From Candidatus Omnitrophus sp. (GTDB lineage Bacteria; Omnitrophota; Gorgyraeia; Zapsychrales; Fredricksoniimonadaceae): DNA of 64,000 bases. The stretch itself is not shown here. Below are more model-generated notes on this DNA. The model was not told the origin of the DNA. It saw only the letters and a list, made by a program, of their open reading frames with translations, and ran no database searches. How positions within the stretch are numbered: position 1 is the stretch's first letter. The stretch spans positions 5,779 through 69,778 of the forward strand of contig DYQZ01000001.1 of NCBI GenBank assembly GCA_020719005.1, given 5' to 3'.

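Noticed and set aside
1-64000. CRISPR arrays, rRNA/tRNA genes, IS elements or transposases
   Set aside because: No short direct repeats with regular spacing, no rRNA/tRNA-like conserved blocks and no recognisable transposase or integrase motifs were seen. The only clear repeat is the intragenic GK-module duplication.
11069-64000. Possibility that the giant ORF is several genes or an assembly chimera
   Set aside because: Not excluded, but no in-frame stop was found. Composition and codon usage are uniform, and domain boundaries are not accompanied by start/SD signals or frame changes. It is kept as one CDS with the caveat that automated verification is needed.

Overview
All credible genes in this 64-kb window are on the + strand. 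Positions 1-10480 carry the 3' part of a type II secretion / type IV pilus-like operon: a secretin C-terminus, GspL/M-like inner-membrane components, a GspE/PilB ATPase, a GspF/PilC platform protein, an inserted YhcG-like PDDEXK nuclease gene, and three prepilin-type pseudopilins. One pseudopilin carries a phage tail-collar domain. Three small secreted hypothetical proteins close the operon.

A ~590-bp intergenic region (10481-11068) contains a good sigma70-like promoter (TTGCCA-16-TATACT). From ATG 11069 one reading frame stays open to the window edge (64000). That is at least 52,932 nt, or 17,644 codons, with no in-frame stop found by manual reading. This giant ORF is absent from the supplied ORF track, which lists no + strand ORF in that frame downstream of 11.5 kb. 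The long minus-strand ORFs in the track are antisense shadows of it.

The giant protein begins with a TM helix and a papain-like C39-family peptidase domain (Cys/His pair). Multi-pass TM blocks, long coiled-coil stretches and Pro/Thr linkers follow. A string of embedded enzyme-like domains then appears: a SecA/SF2-like P-loop ATPase, a phosphodiester-glycosidase-like domain, two tandem guanylate-kinase-like modules, a 2H phosphoesterase, a Nudix hydrolase, an M42/M28-like metallopeptidase, a near-full-length uracil phosphoribosyltransferase, a HAD-IIB phosphatase, a PEP-utilizing phosphotransfer module, a GT2 glycosyltransferase, a PPP-type metallophosphoesterase, a GHKL ATPase and a PglC-like phosphoglycosyl transferase.

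The architecture and secretion-system context resemble giant genes reported from Omnitrophota-type uncultivated bacteria. This particular domain combination is, as far as I can judge, undescribed. All domain calls rest on by-eye motif recognition in a manual translation and need HMM/BLAST confirmation.
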